Of a stretch of 64,000 bases of DNA, positions 20,957 to 34,246 are shown piece after piece. The stretch's first letter is position 1, and the number at the start of each line of letters is the position of its first letter. This DNA is from an uncultured Solirubrobacteraceae bacterium (lineage in GTDB: Bacteria > Actinomycetota > Thermoleophilia > Solirubrobacterales > Solirubrobacteraceae): contig CAWFWA010000013.1 in assembly GCA_963819435.1 (NCBI GenBank), forward strand, positions 146,392 through 210,391, given 5' to 3'. Under the pieces are notes generated by a model, which ran no database searches, was not told where the DNA came from, and was given only the letters and a program-made list of their open reading frames with translations. Made by a program: the position numbers and the translations under genes.

Positions 20957-21543
20957 CGGCCGAGAACAGCAGCGCCAGCACCCGTGCCCATCAGCTCGTC
21001 GGGAACCGCCTCGGGGTCGGCGAGCTTCTGGCGCGCGATGCCGTCGGCGAGCGCGTCGATCGCGACCGCGAGCTGCTCCGCCGGGAGCGCCAGCTCGAGG
21101 TCGAACTCGCGCACGCCGTCGGCGATCAGCTGCGTCAGCAGCCTGGCGCACCTGCGCGAAGCGCGCGGCGACCTTCGGGCGCACCTCGGCGTCGCGCACG
21201 CCGTAGGCCCAGAACTCCATGAACAGCAGCAGCAGTTCGGGCTCGCGGTCGATCATCGTCATCCACTGCTGCGCGCCGCCCGTCGGCGCGCTCGGCGACC
21301 GACTCGCGCACGTTGACCGCCTCGGCGATCTCGCGCGCGTGCTCCTCGATCTCGCGCTCCATCAGCACCAGGAACAGGTCCTCCTTGCCGTCGAAGTTCG
21401 AGTACAGCGCGCCCGTCGAGAAGCCTGCGCGCGAAGCGATCTCCTCGACCGACGCGCCGTGGAAGCCGCTGCGACGCAAACGCGCTGCGCGCCGCCGCGA
21501 GCAGGCGCTCGCGCGTGTTCGCCTTGCTCTGCTCGCGCGTCAT
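20922..21543 (-). CDS. TetR/AcrR family regulator; frameshifted, 3' end approximate
   Basis: MTREQSKANTRERLLAAAR..F...GFHGASVEEIASRAGFSTGALYSNFDGKEDLF HTH. Confidence 0.9.
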
Positions 21544-21603
21544 CCGTGCCGGCGTCGGCTGCGAGACGTCAGCGACTCGACTGCTCTCATCCCGACATCC
21601 TAC

Positions 21604-21640
21604 TTGACAGAGCGATCGCTATTGCGATAGCGTTCGTTAT
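21604..21640 (+). promoter_or_regulatory. SigA-type promoter (TTGACA-18-TAGCGT) overlapped by two imperfect 14-bp palindromes, candidate TetR operators
   Basis: TTGACA 21604-21609, TAGCGT 21628-21633; AGAGCGATCGCTAT 21609-21622 and ATAGCGTTCGTTAT 21627-21640. Confidence 0.65.
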
Positions 21641-21735
21641 CGGCGATGTCGGTGGCCGACCGGCTGTCGGGCCACCCCGCGACCAGACAGAGCAAAACTT
21701 CAAAGCGTCGCGACGCGATTCGATAGGAGCAGCTG

Positions 21736-23057
21736 ATGGCGAGCACTACGACGGCTTCGACCGAGCGAAGCGAACCTGGCGAGCCTGCCCGACCGACGCG
21801 ATCTCCTACGAGGACCTGTACGCGCGCTGGGAGCGCGGCAACTGGAAGGCGACCGAGCTCGACTTCACCGAGGACGCGCGCCAGTGGCGCGAGGACTTCA
21901 CCGAGTTCGAGCGCCAGGCGGCGATGTGGAACTACTGCCTGTTCTTCTGGGGCGAGGACGCCGTCGCGGACAACCTCTCGCCCTACATCGACGCCGCGCC
22001 GCTCGAGGAGCAGAAGTACTTCCTCACGACCCAGCAGGTCGACGAGGCGCGCCACGCGGTCTTCTTCAAGCGCTTCATGCAGGAGGTCTGCGGAGTCGGC
22101 GACGGCTCGATGGCCAGCGGCCTGGCGGCGATCAAGCCGCAGCTGACCGTCCGGCTTTCGCAAGATCTTCGACCGCCTCGACCGATGGCCGACGAACTGC
22201 GCGCCGACCACTCGCCCGCGAAGCTCGCGGCCGCGATCACGCTCTACCACGTCGTCATCGAGGCGTCGCTCGCGCAGCCCGGCCAGCACTTCATCTGCAG
22301 CTACCTCGAGGAACGCGACCAGCTGCCGGCGTTCCGCGAGGGCATGGAGAACATCGCCGCCGACGAGCAGCGCCACATCGGCTTCGGCGTGAAGATGCTC
22401 TCCGACCTCAACCGCGAAGACCCCGTGCGCGTGCCCAAGGCGGTCGCGAAGATCCTGCGCGAGGTCACGCGCTACACCCAGCAGGTGCTGATGCCGCCGA
22501 ACTGGGACGAAAGCTACGTGACGGTCTTCAACTCGACCTTCGACAGCGTCGGCGTCGAGGGCCTGATGTCGATGACGACAAAGCTGCGCTCGGCCGGGCA
22601 TGCCGATCGACACCCTCCCGGGCCGCCGATCCTGCCCGCCGGGCTGACGCCGCTGGAGATCTCCGAACGCGGCCGCGCACTCGCGAAGGCCGGCGTGATC
22701 GGCGTGCGCGAAGGCCCCTCGCCGCGCGACCCGCAGACGCTCGAGCTGCTGTTCGACACGATCCGCCGCCAGGTCAACCCGGCGCACGGCCTGACGCCGG
22801 CCGACGACGTTCCAGTGGGAGTTCACCGACCCCGACGTGCCGACCTGGCACCTGACTGTCAACAACGGCTCGAGCACGGTCGCACGAGGGCGAGGCAGCC
22901 AAGCCCGACCTGCGCCTGCGGCTCTCCTACCAGGACTGGGTGGACGTCGTCGGCGAGCGCCTGGACCCGCTGCGCGCTGATCGCCACCGGCAGGCTGCGC
23001 CCGCGTGGCAACCCGCTGGCGCTCAAACACCTGACGAAGGTGTTCCCGCGTGGCTGA
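21736..23057 (+). CDS. R2-like ligand-binding oxidase (R2lox-type dimetal ferritin fold) with C-terminal SCP2 lipid-binding domain; frameshifted
   Basis: SD AGGAG; ligands GEDAV, DEARH, YHVVIE, DEQRH; C-terminal TFQWEFTD..WHLTV..PDLRLRLSYQDW...TGRLRPRGNPLAL. Confidence 0.8.
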
Positions 23058-23123
23058 GGAAGGCGCCGGGCGTCTCACGGCTTCGCCCGCTGACGTGGCC
23101 ACGGCTACGGTTCTTCAGCTTGA

Positions 23124-24674
23124 TCAGCTGAGCGCGGCCGGCCTTGACCAGTTCGCGCGCCGACCCGGGGGCGACGACGAACAGGACCGCCAGATACACG
23201 AGCCGAGCAGCGTCTGCGCGGCCAGCAGCACGAGCCCGACGAGCGTCCCGCGGTGGTCGGCCTGGATCGCGAAGTGCTCCAGGCAGAACAGTGCGCCGGC
23301 CATCAGGGTGGCGGCCAGCGCGGGCGGCCAGATCTCACGCGTCAGGTCACGAAGATCGATGCCCAGCGCGCGCGACATTCCGCGCACCGCATATGCGGCC
23401 ACGCCGACGGCGGCCGCCGACATGCCGACAGCGACCCCGACGACGCCGAAGGGCACGCCAGCGCCGACGCAGACAAGCGTGAGCAGCAGGGAGAGCCCGT
23501 GCATGCGCGGGAGCATGTCGGTGCGCGCGTTCGCCTTCCATGCCTCGCTGGCAATCGAGTCCAGCGAGAGCGCAGCGCAGTAGACGCCGAGGGCCATCGC
23601 CGCGTGACCAGCGTCGCGCCACTGCCCGCCGAAGACCAGGACAACGGCCGGCGTTCCGAACGGCACGAGCAGCATGCCCGCCGGAAACGACAGCACGCAC
23701 AGCCAGCGCAGCGCCCGGAGCACGGCGCTGCGAAAGCGGGCGTCGTGCGCGGAAAGCCGCGAGAACGCGGGCAGCAGCACGTAGCCGCCCACGCTGATCA
23801 CGGCACCTAGCGATTGGGTCCCGACACGCGAGGCGTACGTGAACTGCCCGATCGCGCCGGCGCCGCTGAAGCGACCAAGCGCGAGGATTGGTATCTCCTG
23901 CACGAAGCGGCGAATCAGGTTGCCCGCCACCACCGGGCGTCCGTAGCGCGCGAGTTCACGCCAGGTGTCGCGTTTCGCCAGTCGCGGCCTCGGGCGCCAG
24001 CGTGCGAAGACCCATGCGGCGACCACGTTCAGCAGGGCCGACGCGTAGGTCCCGATTACCAGCGCCCAGACGCCGAGTCCGGCGGCGGCTGCCGGGATTG
24101 CCCCAGCCGCGAAGAAGATCGTCGCCAGCGGGTCGATGAACACGCGCCGCGAAAACGAGAACCGCCGCATCAGCAGCGCGTCGGGCACGATCGCCAGGAG
24201 GCGCAGAAGCATCCAGCCGGACAGCACCGCCGCGACGACGCCCGTTTCGTGGCTGTGGAAGAACAGCCCGATCAGCGGTGCTGCGGCTAGAGCGATCAGC
24301 GTCAGGCCAACGCCGGACACGATCGTCGCGAGGAAGGCCGAGTTGATCGCCTCCTCGAGCTGCTGACGACGATGAACGAGCGCTGCTTCGATGCCTGACT
24401 CACCGACGACGGCCCCCGCGTTCACCACCACGGCGCCCGCCGCAAAGCGCCCGAAGTCGGCCGGCGTCGCGAGCCTCGCGAGCACGAGATACGCGACGAA
24501 CGTGAGCAGCTGGCTGAGGATGTAGCCGGCGCCGGCGAGGCCCGCCCCGCGCGTGACCACGCCACTGAGACCATCGGGGGCCGGATCAACGCCCTCGCTG
24601 ATCACCGCATCGGAGAGCGCGGCGATGTCGCCTTCGACGATCTCGGCGTCACCGCCGGGCATCTGCGTATCCAT
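23124..24674 (-). CDS. wzx: Wzx-type (PST/MOP) oligosaccharide flippase
   Basis: VLARLATPADFG, APLIGLFF, LGVWALV, LPAFSRL, VFGGQW; about 12 TMs. Confidence 0.88.
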   Translation of the reverse strand: MDTQMPGGDAEIVEGDIAALSDAVISEGVDPAPDGLSGVVTRGAGLAGAGYILSQLLTFVAYLVLARLATPADFGRFAAGAVVVNAGAVVGESGIEAALVHRRQQLEEAINSAFLATIVSGVGLTLIALAAAPLIGLFFHSHETGVVAAVLSGWMLLRLLAIVPDALLMRRFSFSRRVFIDPLATIFFAAGAIPAAAAGLGVWALVIGTYASALLNVVAAWVFARWRPRPRLAKRDTWRELARYGRPVVAGNLIRRFVQEIPILALGRFSGAGAIGQFTYASRVGTQSLGAVISVGGYVLLPAFSRLSAHDARFRSAVLRALRWLCVLSFPAGMLLVPFGTPAVVLVFGGQWRDAGHAAMALGVYCAALSLDSIASEAWKANARTDMLPRMHGLSLLLTLVCVGAGVPFGVVGVAVGMSAAAVGVAAYAVRGMSRALGIDLRDLTREIWPPALAATLMAGALFCLEHFAIQADHRGTLVGLVLLAAQTLLGSCIWRSCSSSPPGRRANWSRPAALS

Positions 24675-24678
24675 CTGC

Positions 24679-25631
24679 TCAGCGCGTTCGATCGCGCGGG
24701 GCGCCGTCGCCCAGACCCAGCCCCGGGAACGCCTGCGCTATGCCGGGCGGTGGCTCAGATCGCTGCTGCCAGCGCCGCCGCGGCGCGCGCGTCGCGGCGG
24801 CAACCGCACTGCGCGCACCGGCCAGCAGCCGCGCGCTGGTCCGCGAGCTTCGTCCCTCGGCCGCGTGGAGCTCGTCCAACCTCGCCATCGCGAGCGTCTT
24901 CACGCGCGTCGAGAGATCGTCGCGCTCGAGCAGCTTGCGGTAGGCCTGCGCACGCCGGCGGTCATCGCGTCCGTTTCGTAGGTCAGCGAGTGCGGCGAGT
25001 CTCGCTTGATCGCCAGCGGGCCGGGCACGCGTGCCGCGTTGAATCCCGATGCGGCGATGCGCAGCCATAGCTCGTAGTCCTCGCTGTGGCGCATGCCCGG
25101 GTCATAGCCGCCCACCTGCTCGAGCACCGACCGGCGGACGGTCACCGCGTTGTAGACGAAATTGCGCTGCATCAGCTCGGCAACGAACCGCTCCTGGGGC
25201 AGCGTCTGCGTGGGCGGGTTCTGGCGGGCCATCGTCGTCGGCTTGAGAAAGCGTCCGCTGGCGTCGTTCAGCTCCCACGCTTCGGTGTACGCGAAGCCGG
25301 CGTCCGAGTCGAGATCGAGGGCACGACCCATCTCCGCGAGATAGCCGGGCAGCCAGAGGTCGTCGCTGTCGAGCATGCTCACGTACTTTCCGCCTGTCGC
25401 CGAGATCCCGCGGTTCCGCGCGGCGGATGGGCCTGCGTTCGCTTGGCTGTGCACGCTTATCCGAGGGTCGCCCGCCGCTGCCGCTTCGGCGACGCGCGCG
25501 GTGTCGTCGCTGGAGCCGTCGTCCACCACCGCGACCTCGAAGTCCTCGCGCGTCTGGGCGAGCACCGATTCGATCGCCCCGCCGACGGTGCTCGCGGCTT
25601 CATAGGCTGCGATCACCACGCTGAATGTCAT
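24679..25631 (-). CDS. Glycosyltransferase family 2; frameshift near 24950
   Basis: FSVVIAAYE, VDDGSSD, NAGPSAARN, LDSDDLW, EDYELWLR. Confidence 0.9.
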
Positions 25632-25730
25632 CATCCGAACGGTATCGGCCGGCGCGGAGCCGAAATCGAGCCCCAATCGCTTCGGCAGCGGTTTCTGCTC
25701 ATCCTCAGCGGTCGACGGGCGTCTTCAGCC

Positions 25731-25752
25731 CTGCGGAGGCCAACCTCCGCAG
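25731..25752 (-). terminator. 9-bp hairpin just downstream of ECF sigma gene
   Basis: CTGCGGAGG-CCAA-CCTCCGCAG perfect inverted repeat; no U-tract. Confidence 0.5.
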
Positions 25753-25764
25753 CGTCAGCGCGGG

Positions 25765-27223
25765 CTAGCCGGGCGCGAACTCGCGCTGAGCGGCCGGCTG
25801 GCCGCCGGCGCTCGTCGTCGCGCTCGCGCCCGCCTGCGTCACCGAACCGGCACCGCCCCGCGCGAGCGCGGCTTCGCCGTGCACTCGCCCGGCGGCGGCG
25901 GCCGTGGCCGTCGCGCCGCCCTTGCCCGAGTCGGCTGCGCTCGGCGCCCCGCCGCCCGCGGACTGCTCGGGCCCGAACTCGCGGCTGGCCTGCGCGGCAG
26001 CGGTCACGCGGCCGCCCGGCGGCGATGCTGCTGCGCGCGCTCCGGCGCTGAAACTCCCGCCCGCCGCCGCCGCGGTGACGACGCCCGGCTCGTGAGCACG
26101 CACCCGATCCACACGCGTCACGCCCGCCTGGCGGTGTCGGTGCGCGCGGACAGCGGCCGGCCCGGAGCCGCCGAGCGCCGCGCAGCCCGCCCCCACGCCG
26201 AGCGCCAGCAGGCAGCTCGACGGCGAGCTTTGCGCCGAGCGGTCCGCCGGCCAGCCACCAGCCACCGCCCGCGGCACCGCGCCGACGCCGACGGCGCCGG
26301 GCGCGGACAGCGAGCACGCCCGCGCCGCTGCGCGCCGGGTCGCCCCGGCAGCCGGCCCGCCCGTCGCCGGCGGCTGCCGATGCCGGCGCGGCGCCCCGCC
26401 CGCGCCGGCGGTGCTCCCGGCGCCGAGTGCCAAGTGCAGCAGCGCGGGCGACGGGCGGGAGCACCGCGGCGAGACCGCGGAGCGAGCGCACGTATGCGCG
26501 GCAGGCCGGACAGGCGTGGCGGTGCAGCAGCGCCAGCCGGTAGCGCTCGCCATCGGGGTCGAGGATGCCGTAGGCCAACCGCGCATCAGCGAGGCCTGCT
26601 CCTCGCACCAGCCGCCGGCGCCGATCGTCTCCACGAGCGCGCCGACCTTCGCCGCGACGCCCGGAGCGCCCGGCTCGTGCCCCTCCATCAACTTGCGCAT
26701 GCGGGACTCGCTGACGCCCTATGCGCGCGGCCTCGGCGCGCGAGAGGCCCTGCAGGTAGCACAGCGTCGCCGCCTGCTGCTCGCGGGCGCTGAGCTGCGC
26801 GCGCAGCGCCTCGAACAGCGCACGCAGGCGGGCGCGGTCGTCGAGCTCGGCTGCGACGTCGCGCTCGCCTGCACGTCCGCCGGCGCAGGCCACCGCCGCG
26901 TCGAGCTCGACCGGCTCCGCCGCCTGTCGGCGGCTTCGGCCGTGACGCCTGTCGCGGGGCGCGATCGGTGCTCGTCGATCGCTCGCCGGTAGGTCACCAG
27001 CGCCAGCCAGGCGCCCGGGCTGTCGATCCGCTCGCCGTCTAGCACCGCCGCATAGAGGCCCTGCCAGGCCTGCGAGTAGCACGCTTCGAGGTCGCGGCAT
27101 CGAGGTGCACGCCGACCGTCCGCAGCCGTGCGCGCGCGCCGCCGATCGCCCCGTCGCGCAGCCGTCGAACTCGCCCGCAGCAGGCGTTCGGCACGGTAGC
27201 GACGAACGAGAAATGGGACTCAT
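25765..27223 (-). CDS. ECF-type sigma-70 factor fused to HxxxCxxC zinc anti-sigma motif, hydrophobic segment and Ala-rich tail; frameshifted
   Basis: DLEACYSQAWQGLY..SPGAWLALVTYRRAIDEHR (region 2); LSAREQQAATLCYLQGLSRAEAA (region 4); HRHACPACRAY. Confidence 0.75.
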
Positions 27224-27328
27224 CCGTGCAGGTTACGGGAATCTCGCGAGCCAGACGAATTCTATCTGATCGATTCCTTATCATCGCCTGCCACTGACCA
27301 GACGAAGACCGACTGGAGGGGAACGTCC

Positions 27329-28180
27329 ATGCACACGCTCCACCGCTGGCTCCTACTCGCGCTGGTCTCGTTCGGGCCCTCGCCGGCTGGGCGCCGGCGC
27401 AGGCTGCGACAATCCTCGACCGACAGCCTCCCTGCGGCTCGTTCTCGCTGACGCCAGAAGCGAACGCGCCGCCCGAATATGGAAGGTGCATCAAAACGAC
27501 AGGCGGCGCCTACACAGACGCGGCCTGCACCCAAACGGCCGGCAAAGCGAAAAAATCTACGAATGGTATGCCGCGTTCGGCAGCGCCCATCCGCTCGAAA
27601 AAGCCGGCTTCTCCAACGTCGCTCAAAGAAGGCTACTGTCGGCAAGCTGGAAACCGTCGGCGAGAACCGTGGTGCACTGCGAAGGTGAGACCAGCACGGG
27701 GGAAATACACGGGCAACAAAACGGTCGGCAAAGTGAACATGACGTTCACCGGATGCAGCCGCGTTCGGCTCGCCTGCCACAGCGCCGGCTCGGCCGAAGG
27801 AAACGATCGTCGATGAACACGATGGAAGGAGTGCTCGGCGTCGAAGAACTCGCCGCCGAACCGGTCAACTACAAAATCGGCCAGAAGCTGTACCCCGTCG
27901 GCCACACGGGCCCGATCGCAAAATTCTGCTGCGGCAGCCTCGCGGACGTCGTCACCGGCGCGATGATCTCGCCGGTGTCCTCCAACGCGATGAAACTCGA
28001 CGGGACGAACAAAACCAAACAGCTCAAAGGCAAACAGAAACCGGAAAACTTCGTCGGCGAATACGCCGGAAGTGCTGATGAGCGCAGATCGGCGAAGGCT
28101 TCCCCTCCGAACAGGCCGGCGAGACGATCACGACCAGCCAGACCAACGCGGAAAAGGTCGAGATCAACTCGGTCGTCTAG
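27329..28180 (+). CDS. Secreted Cys-containing Lys/Thr/Gly-rich hypothetical protein; frameshifted
   Basis: GGAGG SD at 27315; hydrophobic N-terminus; fragments APEYGRCIK, YTDAACT, HCEGETS, MTFTGC, KVEINSVV-stop; visibly A-richer than its flanks. Confidence 0.7.
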
Positions 28181-28213
28181 CGGCCGAGGCCGATCCGGCG
28201 AATCGCGCTCGCA

Positions 28214-29128
28214 ATGAGCGCGCCCGTGGTGGCGGCGAGCGGCCGTCGCCATGGGCGCGATCGGCGGTCGCGCGCAGCGGCGACGGTATCTTCACGCGAT
28301 CGCCGCGCCCCACGCGTAGCCCCGCCGCCCACGCCGCCGACCGCGGAGATCCTCGGCATCCCGCTGGCGATCTCCGACTACGAGCAGGTGATCGACTGGA
28401 TGGACGCGATGATCGCGACGGGCACGCGCGGGTATGTCACCGCGGCGGCGGTGAACCTCGTGATGTCCGCGCAGGAGCAGCCCGCGACGCTGGCGGCGAT
28501 GCTCGGCGCGACGCTGGCGGTGCCCGACGGCCAGCCGCTCGTGTGGGCGCTGCACGCGCTCGGCCACCCTCAGGCGACGCGCGTCTACGGGCCCGACCTG
28601 ATGGCGAAGTTCTGCGCGCGCGCCGCACGCAACGGGACGCCGATCTACCTCTACGGAGGGCGCCACGACGACGCGCGCGCGAGCTGTTGCAGCGCCGCCT
28701 GCGCAAGCGCTTCCCGGGGCTGCGCATCGCCGGCGCCTCCTCGCCGCCGTTTCGCGAGCTGACCGCCGCCGAGGACGAGCACGAGATCGAGCTGATCAAC
28801 ACCTCCGGCGCGGCGGTCGTGTGGGTGGGCACCGGGCAGCCCAAGCAGGAGCAGTGGATGCACGAGATGCGCTCGCGCCTGACGCCGCCGCTGCTGATCG
28901 GCGTCGGCGCGGCGTTCGACTTCCACGCCGGGCCTCGTGTCGCAGGCGCCGGCCTGGATGCAGCGCAACGGGCTGGAGTGGGCCTACCGCCTGTCGCGCG
29001 AGCCGCGCCGGCTGTGGCGTCGCTACGCGCGCTACAACCCGCTCTTCGTGGCCGGCTTCGCGCGCCAGTACGCGCGCCATCGGCGCGACCTCGCGCGCAG
29101 TCCGCCCGCCGCGACGGTCCGCGCGCAG

Positions 29129-29132
<4 letters not shown>
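28214..29132 (+). CDS. WecB/TagA/CpsF family glycosyltransferase (GT26); frameshifted
   Basis: VPDGQPLVW, RVYGPDL, WVGTGQPKQEQW, GVGAAFDFHAG, QAPAWMQRNGLEWAYRL. Confidence 0.9.
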
Positions 29133-31105
<1,973 letters not shown>

Positions 31106-31110
31106 GCGCG

Positions 31111-32194
31111 ATGGCCGTCCCGCTGTTCGACACCGCGTCGACGCTGGCGCCGCTGCGCGACGAGCTGCGCGCGGCGATCGACCGGGTGCTCGACTCCGAA
31201 CGCTTCATCCTCGGTCCCGAGGTGACGGCGTTCGAGCAGGAGCTGGCCGCCTACACGGGCGCGGCGCACGGCATCGGCGTGGCCAACGGCACGGACGCGA
31301 TCACGATCGCTCTGCGCGCGATGGGCGTAGGGCCGGGCGACGAGGTGGTCGTGCCCTCGTTCACGTTCTACGCCTCCGCCGAGGCGATTCCGCCGACGGG
31401 CGCCACGCCGGTCTTCTGCGACATCGACCCGGGCACATACTGCGTGACCGCGGACACCGTGCGCGCGGCGCTGACGCCGCGCACGAAGGCGGTGATCGCC
31501 GTGCACCTGTTCGGCAACGTCGCGCCGGTTGCAGAGATCGAGGCGCTGGGCGTGCCGGTGCTCGAGGACGCCGCGCAGGCGCGTCGGCTCGGACTCGCCA
31601 GACGGCCGCGCGGGGGCGCTGGGGAGCGCCGCGACGCTGTCGTTCTACCCGTCGAAGAACCTCGGCTGCTTCGGCGACGGCGGGATGATCCTCACCTCCG
31701 ACGAGCGCATCGCCGAACAGGCGCGCATCCTGCGCTTTCACGGCTCGCGCGACAAGGTCGACTACGAGCAGCTCGGTTACAACTCGCGCCTGGACGAGCT
31801 GCAGGCGGCGATCATGCGCGTGCAGCTGCCCCATCTCGACGACTGGGCAGCCGGACGCCGTGCGGCGGGATGCCACTACGAAGAGGCCGGCCTCGGCGAG
31901 CTGGTCTCACTGCCCCAACCGGTGGCCGGATCGTCACCGGCGTGGCACCTGTACGTCGTCGCACACCCGCAGGTCGAGCGCCTGCAGCAGGCGCTCGCGG
32001 ATGCAGGCGTCGGCGTCAAGGCCTACTACCGCACGCCGGTGCACCGCCAGCCGCCGATGCGCCAATGGGCCGGCGAGCTGCAGCTGCCCGGCGACCGAGG
32101 AGGCCGCCGCGCGCCATCTGGCGATCGCGATGAGCCCCGTGCTCACACGCGCGCAGGCCGACGAGGTCGTGGCCGCGGCCGCACGGCCGTGTGA
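31111..32194 (+). CDS. DegT/DnrJ/EryC1/StrS PLP aminotransferase (WbpE-like); frameshifted, end approximate
   Basis: VANGTDA, VPSFTF, VHLFG, EDAAQA, SFYPSKNLGCFGDGG, NSRLDELQAA. Confidence 0.9.
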
Positions 32195-32238
32195 CCGGCA
32201 TCCAGCCTCTCAGTCGAGCCGGCCAGCCTGGCCGGCGC

Positions 32239-32947
32239 TTAGCGCCAGCGCTCCAGCAGGTCCTCGTCGCCGACGTCGCGCACGACACGCGCAGGGGCGC
32301 CCATGACGACAGCGCGCGCGGGCACGTCGCTGGTGACGAGCGCTCCGGCGGCGACGAAGGCCTCCTCGCCGATCTCCACGCCGGGCGTGAGCACGGCGCC
32401 GCCGCCGACGCGGCAGGCGCGCCGCAGGATGGCGCCGCGCAGGGGCGCGCCGGGCGGGTGGCGGGCCATCGTGTCGTCGTTTGTGGTGACGACGCCCGGT
32501 CCGACGAACACGTCGTCCTCGACGATCGAGAAGGCGGTCAGGTAGACGTTCGTCTGCACGCGCACGCGCGCGCCGACTGACACGTCGTTGTCGACGACGC
32601 TGCCCCGGCCGATGACCGAGCCGGCGCCGACGGACGAGCGCTCGCGCACGAAGGCCTGGTCACCGACGATCGCGCCCTCGCCGAGCGTGGCGCCGGCGAA
32701 CACGACGGCGCCGGAGCAGACGGTCGCGCCCGGCGCGAGCTGCAGGCGCCCGACGTCGCCGTGCGGCGGCAGACGTCTTGGCCAGGCGCGGGCGCTTGCC
32801 GAGCATGGCGCGATCCTCGATCGTGCAGCCGGCGCCGACGACGGTGCCGTCGTGCACGATCACGCCCGCGCCGATCGCGACATCCTCGGCCAGCTGTACG
32901 TCCTCGCCGAGCAGCAGTCCGGGTGCGCGCGCGTCGGCCGTCAGCAT
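32239..32947 (-). CDS. Hexapeptide-repeat sugar N-acetyltransferase (WbpD-like); frameshifted
   Basis: Left-handed beta-helix repeats; VEDDVFVGPGVVTTND, VVMGAPARVVR. Confidence 0.85.
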
Positions 32948-32983
32948 GGACGCCGCTCCAGCCGCGGGCTCATCGCGCGCAGC

Positions 32984-34235
32984 TCACAGAAGGATGACAT
33001 CGGCGGCGCCCGAGGAGCGCGTGACGCCGCGCAGGTCTACGACCAGCCGCGCGCGCCGGGCGACGTCATCGTGGTCGACGCTCGGATGAGCGGTCACGAT
33101 CAGCGTCAGGTCGGCTTCGTCGACCGCCTCGTCGAGCGGGCGGCTGTGCAGCGCGAACTCCGGCAGGCTGGGCACGTGCGGGTCGTGGTAGCCGACGTCG
33201 GCTCCCATCTCTGAGAGCAGTTGGATGATCTTCAGTGCCGGCGACTCGCGCGTGTCGCCGACGCCCGGCTTGTAGCTGACTCCGAGCACGGTCACGCGAG
33301 CTCCTTTGACTGCAAGGCCCGCCTGGTTGAGCGCCCGCTGGGCCTTCTCGACGCAGTGGTAGGGCATCTGCTGGTTGACCTTGCCGGCGAGCTCGATGAA
33401 CTCGGTGGACATGTCGAACTCGCGTGCACGCCAGCTGAGGTAGAAGGGGTCGACGGGCAGGCAGTGCCCGCCCATGCCGGGCCCGGGCGAGAACGGCATG
33501 AAGCCGTAGGGCTTGGTCGACGCCGCGTCGAGCACCTCCCAGATGTCGATGCCCATGCGGTCGGTGAGCATCGCCAGCTCGTTGACGAGCGCGATGTTGA
33601 CCGAGCGAAAGATGTTCTCCAGCAGCTTGGTCAGCTCGGCCGCCTCTGGACTGGAGACGCGCACGAGCTCGTCACACACGAGGCCGTAGAGCTGCGCGGC
33701 GCGCTCGACGCACGCCTCGGTCAGACCACCGAGCACCTTCGGCGTGTTGCGCAGCGTGAAGTCGGTGCGTCCGGGATCGACCCGCTCGGGCGAGTAGGCC
33801 AGGTGGAAGTCACGCCCGGCCTTCAGCCCGGACTCCTCCAGCAGCGGAGCGACGCGCTCGCGCGTGGTCCCCGGGATAGCTCGTGGACTCGAGCACGACC
33901 AGCTGCTCGCGCTGCAGCACCTCGCCGAGCGCGCGCGCAGCGCCGATCAGCGGGCCGAGGTCGGGCTCGCGGTTGCGGGTGAGCGGCGTGGGGACGCAGA
34001 TGAGCACGGCGTCGGCCTCGCTGAGGCTCGCGTAACGCGTGGTCGCCTGGATGCGGTCCTTGACCTGCGCGAGCAGCTGTGAGCTGACGTCCTCGATGTA
34101 TGAGTCGCCGGCGGCGATCGCCTCCACCTTGCGCGCGTCGACGTCAACCGCGATGACGTCACAGCCCTCCTGCGCGAACGCCACGGCGAGCGGCAGCCCG
34201 ACATAACCGAGCCCGATGATCCCGACAGTGGTCAT
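32984..34235 (-). CDS. UDP-HexNAc 6-dehydrogenase (WbpA/WecC-like); one frameshift near 33870
   Basis: GLGYVGLP, ICVPTP, ESTSYPG, KLLENIFRSVNIA, GGHCLPVDP, DTRESP. Confidence 0.92.
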
Positions 34236-34246
34236 TCGGGGGCAGT

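Noticed and set aside
21736-23057. Ribonucleotide reductase beta subunit (nrdB/nrdF)
   Set aside because: No alpha subunit nearby; Glu as first ligand, R2lox-like context, SCP2 fusion and TetR control
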